Positions 38,301 through 53,300 of a stretch of DNA of 64,000 bases are shown piece by piece; position 1 is the stretch's first letter; each line of letters begins with the position of its first letter. Under the pieces are notes generated by a model. That model worked only from the letters and a program-made list of their open reading frames with translations, did not search any database and had not been told where the DNA came from. The translations under genes were made by a program, and so were the position numbers. The stretch is from Squalus acanthias (lineage: Eukaryota): assembly GCA_030390025.1 (NCBI GenBank), contig CM059433.1, positions 29,390,001 through 29,454,000 on the forward strand, in the 5' to 3' direction.

Positions 38301-41300
38301 ACCTCCCATCTTGTTACTGTTGAACCCTCCCATCTTGTTACTGTTGAACCCTCCATCTTGTTACTGTTGAACCCTCCCATCTTGTTACTGTTGAACCCTC
38401 CCATCTTGTTACTGTTGAACCCTCCCATCTTGTTGCTGTTGAACCCTCCCATCTTGTTACTGTTGAATCCTCCCATCTTGTTACTGTTGAACCCTCCCAT
38501 CTTGTTGCTGTTGAATTCTCCCATCTTGTTACTGTTGAACCCTCCCATCTTGTTACTGTTGAACCCTCCCATCTTGTTACTGTTGAACCCTCCCATCTTG
38601 TTGCTGTTGAACCTCCCATCTTGTTACTGTTGAACCCTCCCATCTTGTTACTCTTGAACCCTCCCATCTTGTTGCTGTTGAACCCTCCCATCTTGTTACA
38701 GTTGAATCCTCCCATCTTGTTACTGTTGATCCTCCCATCTTGTTGCTGTTGAACCCTCCCATCTTGTTACTGTTGAACCCTCCCATCTTGGTGCTGTTGA
38801 ACCCTCCCATCTTGTTACTGTTGAACCCTCCCATCTTGTTGCTGTTGAACCTCCCATCTTGTTGCTGTTGAACCTCCCATCTTGTTACTGTTGAACGCTC
38901 TCATCTTGGTACTGTTCTACCCTCTCATCTTGGTGCTGTTGAACCCTCCCATCTTGGTACTGTTGAACCCTCCCATCTTGTTACTGTTGAACCCTCCCAT
39001 CTTGGTGCTGTTGAACCCTCCCATCTTGTTGCTGTTGAACCCTCCCATCTTGGTGCCGTTGAACCCTCCCATCTTGTTGCCGTTGAACCTCCCAACTTGT
39101 TGCCGTTGAACCTCCCATCTTGTTACTGTTGAACCCTCCCATCTTGTTGCCGTCACAAATTGTTACTGTTGAACCCTCCCATCTTGGTGCTGTTGAACCC
39201 TCCCATCTTGTTACTGTTGAACCCTCCCATCTTGTTCCTGTTGAACCTCCCAACTTGTTGCTGTTGAACCTCCCATCTTGGTGCTGTTGAATCCTCCCAT
39301 CTTGTTACTGTTGAACCCTCCCATCTTGTTGCTGTTGAACCCTCCCATCTTGTTACTGTTGAACCCTCCCATCTTGTTGCTGTTGAACCCTCCATCTTGT
39401 TACTGTTGAACCCTCCCATCTTGTTACTGTTGAACCCTCCCATCTTGTTGCTGTTGAACCCTCCCATCTTGTTACTGTTGATCACTCCCATCTTGTTACT
39501 GTTGAACCCTCCCATCTTGGTGCTGTTGAACCCTCCCATCTTGTTACTGTTGAACCCTCCCATCTTGGTGCTGTTGAACCCTCCCATCTTGTTGCCGTTG
39601 AACCTCCCAACTTGTTGCCGTTGAACCTCCCATCTTGTTGCTGTTGAACCCTCCCATCTTGTTGCCGTCACAAATTGTTACTGTTGAACCCTCCCATCTT
39701 GGTGCTGTTGAACCCTCCCATCTTGTTACTGTTGAACCCTCCCATCTTGTTCCTGTTGAACCTCCCAACTTGTTGCTGTTGAACCTCCCATCTTGGTGCT
39801 GTTGAATCCTCCCATCTTGTTACTGTTGAACCCTCCCATCTTGTTGCTGTTGAACCCTCCCATTTTGTTACTGTTGAACCCTCCCATCTTGTTGCTGTTG
39901 AACCCTCCCATCTTGTTGCTGTTGAACCCTCCCATCTTGTTACTGTTGAACCCTCCCATCTTGTTACTGTTGAACCCTCCCATCTTGTTACTGTTGAACC
40001 CTCCCATCTTGTTACTGTTGATCACTCCCATCTTGTTACTGTTGAACCCTCCCATCTTGTTACTGTTGAACCCTCCCATCTTGTTACTGTTGATCACTCC
40101 CATCTTGTTACTGTTGAATCCTCGCATCTTGTTACTGTTGAATCCTCCCATCTTGTTGCTGTTGAACCTCCCATCTTGTCACTGTTGAACCCTCCCAACT
40201 TGTTGCTGTTGAAGCTCCCATCTTGTTACCGTTGAACCCTCTCATCTTGTTACTGTTGAACCCTCCCAACTTGTTGCTGTTGAACCCTCTCATCTTGTTG
40301 CTGTTGAACCTCCCATCTTGTTACTGTTGAACCCTCTCATCTTAGTACTGTTGAACCCTCTCATCTTGTTGCTGTTGAACCCTCCCATCTTGTTGCACTG
40401 AACCTCCCATCTTGTTACTGTTGAAACCTCTCATCTTGGTACTGTTGAACCCTCCCATCTTTGTACTGTTGAACCCTCCCATCTTGGTGCTGTTGAACCC
40501 TCCCATCTTGTTACTGTTGAACCCTCCCATCTTGTTGCTGTTGAATTCTCCCATCTTGTTACTGTTGAACCCTCCCATCTTTTTGTTTGTTGAACCCTCC
40601 CATCTTGTTACTGTTGAACCTCCCATCTTGGTGCTGTTGGACCCTCCCATCTTGTTACTCTTGAACCCTCCCATCTTGTTACTCTTGAACCCTCTCATCT
40701 TGGTGCTGTTGAACCCTCCCCTCTTGGTACTGTTGAACCCTCCCATCTTGTTACTGGTAAACCCTCCCATCTTGTTACTCTTGAACCCACCCATCTTGTT
40801 ACTGTTGATCCCTCCCATCTTGTTACTGTTGAATTCTCCCATCTTGTTACTGTTGAACCCTCCCATCTTATTGTTTGTTGAACCCTCCCATCTTGTTACT
40901 GTTGAACCTCCCATCTTGTTACTGTTGGACCCTCCCATCTTGTTGCTGTTGAACCCTCCCATCTTGTTACTGTTGAACCTCCCATCTTGTTACTGTTGGA
41001 CCCTCCCATCTTGTTACTGTTGAACCTCCCATCTTGTTACTGTTGGACCCTCCCATCTTGTTGCTGTTGAACCCTCCCATCTTGTTGCTGTTGAACCCTC
41101 CCATCTTGTTGCTGTTGAACCCTCCCAACTTGTTACTGTTGAATCCTCCCATCTTGTTACTGTTGAACCCTCCCATCTTGTTGCTGTTGAACCCTCCCAT
41201 CTTGTTACTGTTGAAACTCCCATCTTGTTCTTGTTGAACGTCCCATCTTGTTACTGTTGAATGTCCCATCTTGTTACTGTTGAACCCTCCCATCTTGTTG

Positions 41301-44300
41301 TTGTTGAATGCTCCCATCTTGTTACTGTTGAACCTCCCAAATTGTTACTGTTGAACCCTCCCATCTTATTGTTGTTGAATCCTCCCATCTTGTTGCTGTT
41401 GAACCCTCCCATCTTATTGTTGTTGAATCCTCCCATCTTGTTGCTGTTGAATCCTCCCATCTTATTGTTTGTTGAACCTCCCATCTTGTTACTGTTGAAC
41501 CTCCCATCTTGTTGTTGTTGAATGCTCCCATCTTGTTACTGTTGAACCTCCCAACTAGTTACTGTTGAACCCTCCCATCTTATTGTTGTTGAATCCTCCC
41601 ATCTTGTTGCTGTTGAATCCTCCCATCTTATTGTTTGTTGAACCTCCCATCTTGTTACTGTTGAACCCTCCCATCTTATTGTTGTTGAATCCTCCCATCT
41701 TGTTGCTGTTGAACCCTCCCATCTTGTTGTTGTTGAATGCTCCCATCTTGTTACTGTTGAACCTCCCAACTTGTTACTGTTGAACCCTCCCATCTTATTG
41801 TTGTTGAATCCTCCCATCTTGTTACTGTTGAACCTCCCAAATTGTTACTGTTGAACCCTCCCATCTTATTGTTGTTGAATCCTCCCATCTTGTTGCTGTT
41901 GAACCCTCCCATCTTATTGTTGTTGAATCCTCCCATCTTGTTGCTGTTGAATCCTCCCATCTTATTGTTTGTTGAACCTCCCATCTTGTTACTGTTGAAC
42001 CTCCCATCTTGTTGTTGTTGAATGCTCCCATCTTGTTACTGTTGAACCTCCCAACTAGTTACTGTTGAACCCTCCCATCTTATTGTTGTTGAATCCTCCC
42101 ATCTTGTTGCTGTTGAATCCTCCCATCTTATTGTTTGTTGAACCTCCCATCTTGTTACTGTTGAACCCTCCCATCTTATTGTTGTTGAATCCTCCCATCT
42201 TGTTGCTGTTGAACCCTCCCATCTTGTTGTTGTTGAATGCTCCCATCTTGTTACTGTTGAACCTCCCAACTTGTTACTGTTGAACCCTCCCATCTTATTG
42301 TTGTTGAATCCTCCCATCATGTTACTGTTGAACCTCCCATCTTGTTACTGTTGATCACTCCCATCTTGTTACTGTTGAATCCTCGCATCTTGTTACTGTT
42401 GAATCCTCCCAACTTGTTGCTGTTAAAGCTCCCATCTTGTTACTGTTGAACCCTCTCATCTTGTTACTGTTGAACCCTCCCAACTTGTTGCTGTTGAACC
42501 CTCTCATCTTGTTGCTGTTGAACCTCCCATCTTGTTACTGTTGAACCCTCTCATCTTGGTACTGTTGAACCCTCTCATCTTGTTGCTGTTGAACCCTCCC
42601 ATCTTGGTGCTGTTGAACCCTCCCATCTTGTTGCACTGAACCTCCCATCTTGTTACTGTTGAACCTCTCATCTTGGTGCTGTTGAATCCTCCCATCTTGT
42701 TACTGTTGAACCCTCCCATCTTGTTACTGTTGAACCCTCCCATCTTGTTACTGTTGAACCTCCCATCTTGTTGCTGTTGAACCCTCCCATCTTGTTACTG
42801 TTGAACCCTCCCATCTTGTTACTGTTGAACCCTCCCATCTTGTTACTGTTGAACCCTCCCATCTTGTTGCTGTTGAACCCTCCCATCTTGGTACTGTTGA
42901 ACCCTCCCATCTTGTTACTGTTGAACCCTCCCATCTTGTTCTGTTGAACCCTCCCATCTTGTTACTGTTGAACCCTCCCATCTTGTTACTGTTGAACCCT
43001 CCCATCTTGTTACTGTTGAACCTCCCATCTTGGTGCTGTTGAATCCTCCCATCTTGGTGCTGTTGAATCCTCCCATCTTGTTGCACTGAACCTCCCATCT
43101 TGTTACTGTTGAACCCTCCCATCTTGGTGCTGTTGAACCCTCCCATCTTGTTACTGTTGAACCCTCCCATCTTGTTGCTGGTGAACCCACCCATCTTGTT
43201 ACTGTTGAACCCTCCCATCTTGGTGCTGTTGAACCCTCCCACCTTGTTACTGTTGAACCCTCCCATCTTGGTACTGTTGGACCCTCCCATCTTGTTACTG
43301 TTGAACCTCCCATTTTGATGCTGTTGAACCCTCCCATCTTGTTACTGTTGAACCCTCCCATCTTGTTACTGTTGAACCATGCCATCTTGTTACTGTTGAA
43401 CCCTCCCATCTTGTTACTGTTGAACCCTCCCATCTTATTACTCTTGAACCCTCCCATCTTGTTGCTGGTGAACCCTCCCATCTTGTTACTGTTGAATCCT
43501 CCCATCTTGTTACTGTTGAACCCTCCCATCTTGTTGCTGTTGAATTCTCCCATCTTGTTACTGTTGAACCCTCCCATCTTATTGTTTGTTGAACCCTCCC
43601 ATCTTGTTACTGTTGAACCTCCCATCTTGGTGCTGTTGGAGCCTCCCATCTTGTTACCATTGAACCCTCCCATCTTGTTACTCTTGAACCCTCCCATCTT
43701 GTTGCTGTTGAACCCTCCCATCTTGTTACTGTTGAATCCTCCCATCTTGTTACTGTTGATCCTCCCATCTTGTTGCTGTTGAACCCTCCCATCTTGTTAC
43801 TGTTGAACCCTCCCATCTTGGTGCTGTTGAACCCTCCCATCTTGTTACTGTTGAACCTCCCATCTTGGTGCTGTTGAACCCTCCCATCTTGTTGCACTGA
43901 ACCTGCCATCTTGTTACTGTTGAACCCTCTCATCTTGGTACTGTTCTACCCTCTCATCTTGGTGCTGTTGAACCCTCCCATCTTGGTACTGTTGAACCCT
44001 CCCATCTTGTTACTGTTGAACCCTCCCATCTTGGTGCTGTTGAACCCTCCCATCTTGTTACTGTTGAACCCTCCCATCTTGGTGCTGTTGAACCCTCCCA
44101 TCTTGTTGCCGTTGAACCTCCCAACTTGTTGCCGTTGAACCTCCCATCTTGTTACTGTTGAACCCTCCCATCTTGTTGCCGTCACAAATTGTTACTGTTG
44201 AACCCTCCCATCTTGGTGCTGTTGAACCCTCCCATCTTGTTCCTGTTGAACCTCCCAACTTGTTGCTGTTGAACCTCCCATCTTGGTGCTGTTGAATCCT

Positions 44301-47300
44301 CCCATCTTGTTACTGTTGAACCCTCCCATCTTGTTGCTGTTGAACCCTCCCATCTTGTTACTGTTGAACCCTCCCATCTTGTTGCTGTTGAACCCTCCCA
44401 TCTTGTTACTGTTGAACCCTCCCATCTTGTTACTGTTGAACCCTCCCATCTTGTTGCTGTTGAACCCTCCCATCTTGTTACTGTTGATCACTCCCATCTT
44501 GTTACTGTTGAACCCTCCCATCTTGGTGCTGTTGAACCCTCCCATCTTGTTACTGTTGAACCCTCCCATCTTGGTGCTGTTGAACCCTCCCATCTTGTTG
44601 CCGTTGAACCTCCCAACTTGTTGCCGTTGAACCTCCCATCTTGTTACTGTTGAACCCTCCCATCTTGTTGCCGTCACAAATTGTTACTGTTGAACCCTCC
44701 CATCTTGGTGCTGTTGAACCCTCCCATCTTGTTACTGTTGAACCCTCCCATCTTGTTCCTGTTGAACCTCCCAACTTGTTGCTGTTGAACCTCCCATCTT
44801 GGTGCTGTTGAATCCTCCCATCTTGTTACTGTTGAACCCTCCCATCTTGTTGCTGTTGAACCCTCCCATTTTGTTACTGTTGAACCCTCCCATCTTGTTG
44901 CTGTTGAACCTCCCATCTTGTTACTGTTGAACCCTCCCATCTTGTTACTGTTGAACCCTCCCATCTTGTTGCTGTTGAACCCTCCCATCTTGTTACTGTT
45001 GAACCCTCCCATCTTGTTACTGTTGAACCCTCCCATCTTGTTACTGTTGAATCCTCCCATCTTGTTACTGTTGAATCCTCCCATCTTGTTGCTGTTGAAC
45101 CTCCCATCTTGTTACTGTTGAACCCTCCCATCTTGTTGCTGTTGAACCTCCCATCTTGTTACCGTTGAACCCTCCCATCTTGTTACTGTTGAACCCTCCC
45201 ATCTTGTTGCTGTTGAACCCTCCCATCTTGTTACTGTTGAACCTCCCATCTTGTTACTGTTGAACCCTCCCATCTTGTTACTGTTGAACCCTCCCATCTT
45301 GTTACTGTTGAACCCTCCCATCTTGTTGCTGTTGAACCCTCCCATCTTGTTACTGTTGAACCTCCCATCTTGTTACTGTTGAACCCTCCCATCTTGGTAC
45401 TGTTGAACCCTCCCATCTTGGTGCTGTTGAACCCTCCCATCTTGTTACTGTTGAACCCTCCCATCTTGTTGCTGTTGAATTCTCCCATCTTGTTACTGTT
45501 GAACCCTCCCATCTTTTGTTTGTTGAACCCTCCCATCTTGTTACTGTTGAACCTCCCATCTTGGTGCTGTTGGACCCTCCCATCTTGTTACTCTTGAACC
45601 CTCCCATCTTGTTACTCTTGAACCCTCTCATCTTGGTGCTGTTGAACCCTCCCCTCTTGGTACTGTTGAACCCTCCCATCTTGTTACTCTTGAACCCTCC
45701 CATCTTGTTGCTGGTAAACCCTCCCATCTTGTTACTCTTGAACCCGCCCATCTTGTTACTGTTGATCCCTCCCATCTTGTTACTGTTGAATTCTCCCATC
45801 TTGTTACTGTTGAACCCTCCCATCTTATTGTTTGTTGAACCCTCCCATCTTGTTACTGTTGAACCTCCCATCTTGTTACTGTTGGACCCTCCCATCTTGT
45901 TGCTGTTGAACCCTCCCATCTTGTTACTGTTGAAACTCCCATCTTGTTACTGTTGGACCCTCCCATCTTGTTACTGTTGAACCTCCCATCTTGTTACTGT
46001 TGGACCCTCCCATCTTGTTGCTGTTGAACCCTCCCATCTTGTTACCATTGAACCCTCCCATCTTGTTACTCTTGAACTCTCCCATCTTGTTACTGTTGAA
46101 CCCCCCCATCTTGTTGCTGTTGAACCCTCCCATCTTGTTGCTGTTGAACCCTCCCATCTTGTTGCTGTTGAACCCTCCCATCTTGTTACTGTTGAATCCT
46201 CCCATCTTGTTACTGTTGAACCCTCCCATCTTGTTGCTGTTGAATCCTCCCATCTTATTGTTTGTTGAACCTCCCATCTTGTTACTGTTGAACCTCCCAT
46301 CTTGTTGTTGTTGAATGCTCCCATCTTGTTACTGTTGAACCTCCCAACTAGTTACTGTTGAACCCTCCCATCTTATTGTTGTTGAATCCTCCCATCTTGT
46401 TGCTGTTGAATCCTCCCATCTTATTGTTTGTTGAACCTCCCTTCTTGTTACTGTTGAACCCTCCCATCTTATTGTTGTTGAATCCTCCCATCTTGTTGCT
46501 GTTGAACCCTCCCATCTTGTTACTGTTGAACCTCCCATCTTGTTGTTGTTGAATGCTCCCATCTTGTTACTGTTGAACCTCCCAACTTGTTACTGTTGAA
46601 CCCTCCCATCTTATTGTTGTTGAATCCTCCCATCTTGTTACTGTTGAACCTCCCATCTTGTTACTGTTGATCACTCCCATCTTGTTACTGTTGAATCCTC
46701 GCATCTTGTTACTGTTGAATCCTCCCAACTTGTTGCTGTTGAACCCTCTCATCTTGTTACTGTTGAACCCTCTCATCTTGTTACTGTTGAACCCTCCCAA
46801 CTTGTTGCTGTTGAACCCTCTCATCTTGGTACTGTTGAACCCTCTCATCTTGTTGCGGTTGAACCCTCCCATCTTGGTGCTGTTGAACCCTCCCATCTTT
46901 TTGCACTGAACCTCCCATCTTGTTACTGTTGAAACCTCTCATCTTGGTACTGTTGAACCCTCCCATCTTGGTGCTGTTGAACACTCCCATCTTGTTACTG
47001 TTGAACCCTCCCATCTTGTTGCTGTTGAATTCTCCCATCTTGTTACTGTTGAACCATCCCATCTTTTTGTTTGTCGAACCCTCTCATCTTGTTACTGTTG
47101 AACCACCCATCTTGGTGCTGTTGGACCCTCCCATCTTGTTACTGTTGAACCCTCCCATCTTGTTAGCACTGAACCCTCCCATCTTGTTACTCTTGAACCC
47201 TCTCATCTTGGTGCTGTTGAACCCTCCCCTCTTGGTACTGTTGAACCCTCCCAACTTGTTACTGTTGAACCCTCCCATCTTGTGCTGTTGAACCCTCCCA

Positions 47301-50300
47301 TCTTGTTACTGTTGAACCATCCCATCTTGTTACTGTTGAACCTCCCATCTCGTTACTGTTGAACCTCCCATCTTGTTACTGTTGAACCCTTCCATCTTGT
47401 TACTGTTGATCCTCCCATCTTGTTACTGTTGAACCTCCCATCTTGGTGCTGTTGAACCCTCCCATCTTGTTGCTGTTGAACCTCCCATCTTGTTGCTGTT
47501 GAACCATCCCATCTTGTTACGCTTGAATCCTCCCATCTTGTTGCTGTTGAACCCTCCCATCTTGTTACTCTTGAACCCTCCCATCTTGTTACTGTTGATC
47601 CCTCCCATCTTGTTACTGTTGAATCCTCCCATCTTGTTACTGTTGAACCCTCCCATCTTGTTACTGTTGAACCCTCCCATCTTGTTGCTGTTAAACCCTC
47701 CCATCTTGTTACTCTTGAACCCTCCCATCTTGTTACTGTTGATCCCTCCCATCTTGTTACTGTTGAATCTCCCATCTTGTTACTGTTGAACCCTCCCATC
47801 TTGTTCTGTTGAACCCTCCCATCTTGTTACTGTTGAACCTCCCATCTTGTTACTGTTGAACCCTCCCATCTTGTTACTCTTGAACCCTCCCATCTTGTTA
47901 CTCTTGAACCCTCCCATCTTGTTACTGTTGAACCCTCCCATCTTGTTGCTGTTGAACCCTCCCATCTTGTTGCTGTTGAACCCTCCCATCTTGTTACTGT
48001 TGAACCCTCCCATCTAGTTGCTGTTGAAACTCCCATCTTGTTACTGTTGAACCCTCCCATCTTGTTACTGTTGAACCCTCCCATCTTGTTGCTGTTGGAC
48101 CCTCCCATCTTGTTACTGTTGAACCCTCCCATCTTGTTGCTGTTGAACCCTCCCATCTTGTTACTGTTGAAACTCCCATCTTGTTCTTGTTGAACGTCCC
48201 ATCTTGTTACTGTTGAATGTCCCATCTTGTTACTGTTGAACCCTCCCATCTTGTTGTTGTTGAATGCTCCCATCTTGTTACTGTTGAACCCTCCCAACTT
48301 GTTACTGTTGAACCCTCCCATCTTATTGTTGTTGAATCCTCCCACCTTGTTGCTGTTGAACCTCCCATGTTGTTGCTGTTGAATCCTCCCATCTTATTGT
48401 TTGTTGAACCCTCCCATCTTGTTACAGTTGAACCTCCCATCTTGTTACTGTTGGACCCTCCCATCTTGTTACTGTTGAACCTCCCATCTCGTTACTGTTG
48501 AACCTCCCATCTTGTTACTGTTGAACCCTTCCATCTTGTTACTGTTGATCCTCCCATCTTGTTACTGTTGAACCTCCCATCTTGTTACTGTTGAACCCTT
48601 CCATCTTGTTACTGTTGAACCCTCCCATCTTGTTGCTGTTGAACCCTCCCATCTTGTTGCTGTTGAACCCTCCCATCTTGTTGCTGTTGAACCCTCCCAT
48701 CTTGTTGCTGTTGAACCCTCCCATCTTGTTACTGTTGAACCCTCCCATCTTGTTACTGTTGAATCCTCCCATCTTGTTACTGTTGAACCCTCCATCTTGT
48801 TCTTGTTGAACCTCCATCTTGTTACTGTTGAATGTCCCATCTTGTTACTGTTGAACCCTCCCATCTTGTTGCTGTTGAATGCTCCCATCTTGTTACTGTT
48901 GAACCTCCCAAATTGTTACTGTTGAACCCTCCCATCTTGTTACTGTTGAACCCTCCCATCTTGTTGCTGTTGAACCCTCCCATCTTGTTGCTGTTGAACC
49001 TCCCATCTTGTTGCTGTTGAACCCTCCCATCTTGTTACTGTTGAACCCTCCCATCTTGTTACTGTTGAACCCTCCCATCTTGTTACTGTTGAACCCTCCC
49101 ATCTTGTTACTGTTGAACCCTCCCATCTTGTTACTGTTGAACCCTCCCATCTTGTTACTGTTGAACCCTCCCATCTTGTTGCTGTTGAACCCTCCCATCT
49201 TGTTACTGTTGAACCTCCCATCTTGTTACTGTTGAACCCTCCCATCTTGTTACTGTTGAACCTCCCATCTTGTTACTGTTGAACCCTCCCATCTTGTTAC
49301 TGTTGAACCTCCCATCTTGTTACTGTTGAACCCTCCCATCTTGTTACTGTTGAACCTCCCATCTTGTTGCTGTTGAACCCTCCCATCTTGTTACTGTTGA
49401 ACCCTCCCATCTTGTTACTGTTGAACCCTCCCATCTTGTTACTGTTGAATCCTCGCATCTTGTTACTGTTGAATCCTCCCATCTTGTTGCTGTTGAAGCT
49501 CCCATCTTGTTACTGTTGAACCTCTCATCTTGTTACTGTTGAACCCTCCCATCTTGTTGCTGTTGAACCCTCCCATCTTGTTGCTGTTGAACCTCCCATC
49601 TTGTTACTGTTGAACCCTCTCATCTTGTTACTGTTGAACCCTCCATCTTGTTGCTGTTGAACCCTCCCATCTTGGTGCTGTTGAACCCTCCCATCTTGTT
49701 GCTGTGAACCTCCCATCTTGTTACTGTTGAACCTCTCATCTTGTTGCTGTTGAATCCTCCCATCTTGTTACTGTTGAACCCTCCCATCTTTGTTCTGTTG
49801 AACCCTCTCATCTTGTTACTGTTGAACCTCCCATCTTGGTGCTGTTGACCCTCCCATCTTGTTACTCTTGAACCCTCCCATCTTGTTAGCAGCTGAACCC
49901 TCCCATCTTGTTACTCTTGAACCCTCCATCTTGGTGCTGTTGAACCCTCCCCTCTTGTACTGTTGAACCCTCCCAACTTGTTACTATTGAACCCTCCCAT
50001 CTTGTGCTGTTGAACCCTCCCATCTTGTTGCTGTTGAACCCTCCCATCTTGGTGCTGTTGAACCCTCCCATCTTGGTGCTGTTGAACCTCCCATCTTGTT
50101 GCTCTGAACCTCCCATCTTGTTACTGTTGAACCCTCCCATCTTGGTGCTGTTGAACCCTCCCATCTTGTTACTGTTGAACCTCCCATCTTGTTGCTGGTG
50201 AACCCTCCCATCTTGTTACTGTTGAACCTCCCATCTTGTTGCTGTTGAACCCTCCCATCTTGTTACTGTTGAACCCTCCCATCTTGTTACTGTTGAACCA

Positions 50301-53300
50301 TCCCATCTTGTTACTGTTGAACCCTCCCATCTTGTTACTGTTGAACCCTCCCATCTTGTTACTGTTGAACCCTCCCATCTTGTTGCTGTTGAACCCTCCC
50401 ATCTTGTTACTGTTGAATCCTCCCATCTTGTTACTGTTGAACCCTCCCATCTTGTTGCTGTTGAATCTCCCATCTTGTTACTGTTGAACCCTCCCATCTT
50501 GGTGCTGTTGAACCCTCCCATCTTGTTACTGTTGAACCCTCCCATCTTGTTACCAGTTGAACCCTCCCATCTTGTTACTCTTGAACCCTCCCATCTTGTT
50601 GCTGTTGAACCCTCCCATCTTGTTACTGTTGAATCCTCCCATCTTGTTACTGTTGATCCTCCCATCTTGTTGCTGTTGAACCCTCCCATCTTGTTACTGT
50701 TGAACCCTCTCATCTTGGTACTGTTCTACCCTCTCATCTTGGTGCTGTTGAACCCTCCCATCTTGGTACTGTTGAACCCTCCCATCTTGTTACTGTTGAA
50801 CCCTCCCATCTTGGTGCTGTTGAACCCTCCCATCTTGTTACTGTTGAACCCTCCCATCTTGGTGCTGTTGAACCCTCCCATCTTGTTGCCGTTGAACCTC
50901 CCAACTTGTTGCCGTTGAACCTCCCATCTTGTTACTGTTGAACCCTCCCATCTTGTTGCCGTCACAAATTGTTACTGTTGAACCCTCCCATCTTGGTGCT
51001 GTTGAACCCTCCCATCTTGTTACTGTTGAACCCTCCCATCTTGTTCCTGTTGAACCTCCCAACTTGTTGCTGTTGAACCTCCCATCTTGGTGCTGTTGAA
51101 TCCTCCCATCTTGTTACTGTTGAACCCTCCCATCTTGTTGCTGTTGAACCCTCCCATTTTGTTACTGTTGAACCCTCCCATCTTGTTGCTGTTGAACCCT
51201 CCCATCTTGTTACTGTTGAACCCTCCCATCTTGTTACTGTTGAACCCTCCCATCTTGTTGCTGTTGAACCCTCCCATCTTGTTACTGTTGATCACTCCCA
51301 TCTTGTTACTGTTGAACCCTCCCATCTTGTTACTGTTGAACCCTCCCATCTTGTTACTGTTGATCACTCCCATCTTGTTACTGTTGAATCCTCGCATCTT
51401 GTTACTGTTGAACCTCCCATCTCGTTACTGTTGAACCTCCCATCTTGTTACTGTTGAACCCTTCCATCTTGTTACTGTTGATCCTCCCATCTTGTTACTG
51501 TTGAACCTCCCATCTTGGTGCTGTTGAACCCTCCCATCTTGTTGCTGTTGAACCTCCCATCTTGTTGCTGTTGAACCTCCCATCTTGTTACGCTTGAACC
51601 TCCCATCTTGTTGCTGTTGAACCCTCCCATCTTGTTACTGTTGAACCCTCCCATCTTGTTACTGTTGATCCCTCCCATCTTGTTACTGTTGAACCTCCCA
51701 TCTTGTTACTCTTGAACCCTCCCATCTTGTTACTGTTGAACCCTCCCATCTTGTTGCTGTTGAACCCTCCCATCTTGTTACTCTTGAACCCTCCCATCTT
51801 GTTACTGTTGAACCCTCCCATCTTGTTACTGTTGAATCTCCCATCTTGTACTGTTGAACCCTCCCATCTTGTTGCTGTTGAACCCTCCCATCTTGTTACT
51901 GTTGAACCTCCCATCTTGTTACTGTTGAACCCTCCCATCTTGTTACCTTTGAACCCTCCCATCTTGTTACTCTTGAACCCTCCCATCTTGTTACTGTTGA
52001 ACCCTCCCATCTTGTTGCTGTTGAACCCTCCCATCTTGTTGCTGTTGAACCCTCCCATCTTGTTACTGTTGAACCCTCCCATCTTGTTGCTGTTGAACCT
52101 CCCATCTTGTTACTGTTGAACCCTCCCATCTTGTTGCTGTTGAACCCTCCCATCTTGTTGCTGTTGACCCTCCCATCTTGTTACTGTTGAACCCTCCCAT
52201 CTTGTTGCTGTTGAACCCTCCCATCTTGTTACTGTTGAAACTCCCATCTTGTTCTTGTTGAACCTCCCATCTTGTTACTGTTGAATCTCCCATCTTGTTA
52301 CTGTTGAACCCTCCGATCTTGTTGTTGTTGAATGCCTCCCATCTTGTTACTGTTGAACCCTCCCAACTTGTTACTGTTGAACCCTCCCATCTTATTGTTG
52401 TTGAATCCTCCCATCTTGTTGCTGTTGAACCTCCCATGTTGTTGCTGTTGAATCCTCCCATCTTATTGTTTGTTGAACCCTCCCATCTTGTTACAGTTGA
52501 ACCTCCCATCTTGTTACTGTTGGACCCTCCCATCTTGTTACTGTTGAACCTCCCATCTCGTTACTGTTGAACCTCCCATCTTGTTACTGTTGAACACTTC
52601 CATCTTGTTACTGTTGATCCTCCCATCTTGTTACTGTTGAACCCTTCCATCTTGTTACTGTTGAACCCTCCCATCTTGTTGCTGTTGAACCCTCCCATCT
52701 TGTTGCTGTTGAACCCTCCCATCTTGTTGCTTTTGAACCCTCCCATCTTGTTACTGTTGAACCCTCCCATCTTGTTGCTGTTGAACCCTCCCATCTTGTT
52801 ACTGTTGAAACTCCCATCTTGTTCTTGTTGAACGTCCCATCTTGTTACTGTTGAATGTCCCATCTTGTTACTGTTGAACCCTCCCATCTTGTTGTTGTTG
52901 AATGCTCCCATCTTGTTACTGTTGAACCTCCCAAATTGTTACTGTTGAACCCTCCCATCTTATTGTTGTTGAATCCTCCCATCTTGTTGCTGTTGAACCC
53001 TCCCATCTTATTGTTGTTGAATCCTCCCATCTTGTTGCTGTTGAATCCTCCCATCTTGTTGTTGTTGAATGCTCCCATCTTGTTACTGTTGAACCTCCCA
53101 ACTTGTTACTGTTGAACCCTCCCATCTTATTGTTGTTGAATCCTCCCATCATGTTACTGTTGAACCTCCCATCTTGTTACTGTTGATCACTCCCATCTTG
53201 TTACTGTTGAATCCTCGCATCTTGTTACTGTTGAATCCTCCCAACTTGTTGCTGTTAAAGCTCCCATCTTGTTACTGTTGAACCCTCCCATCTTGGTGCT

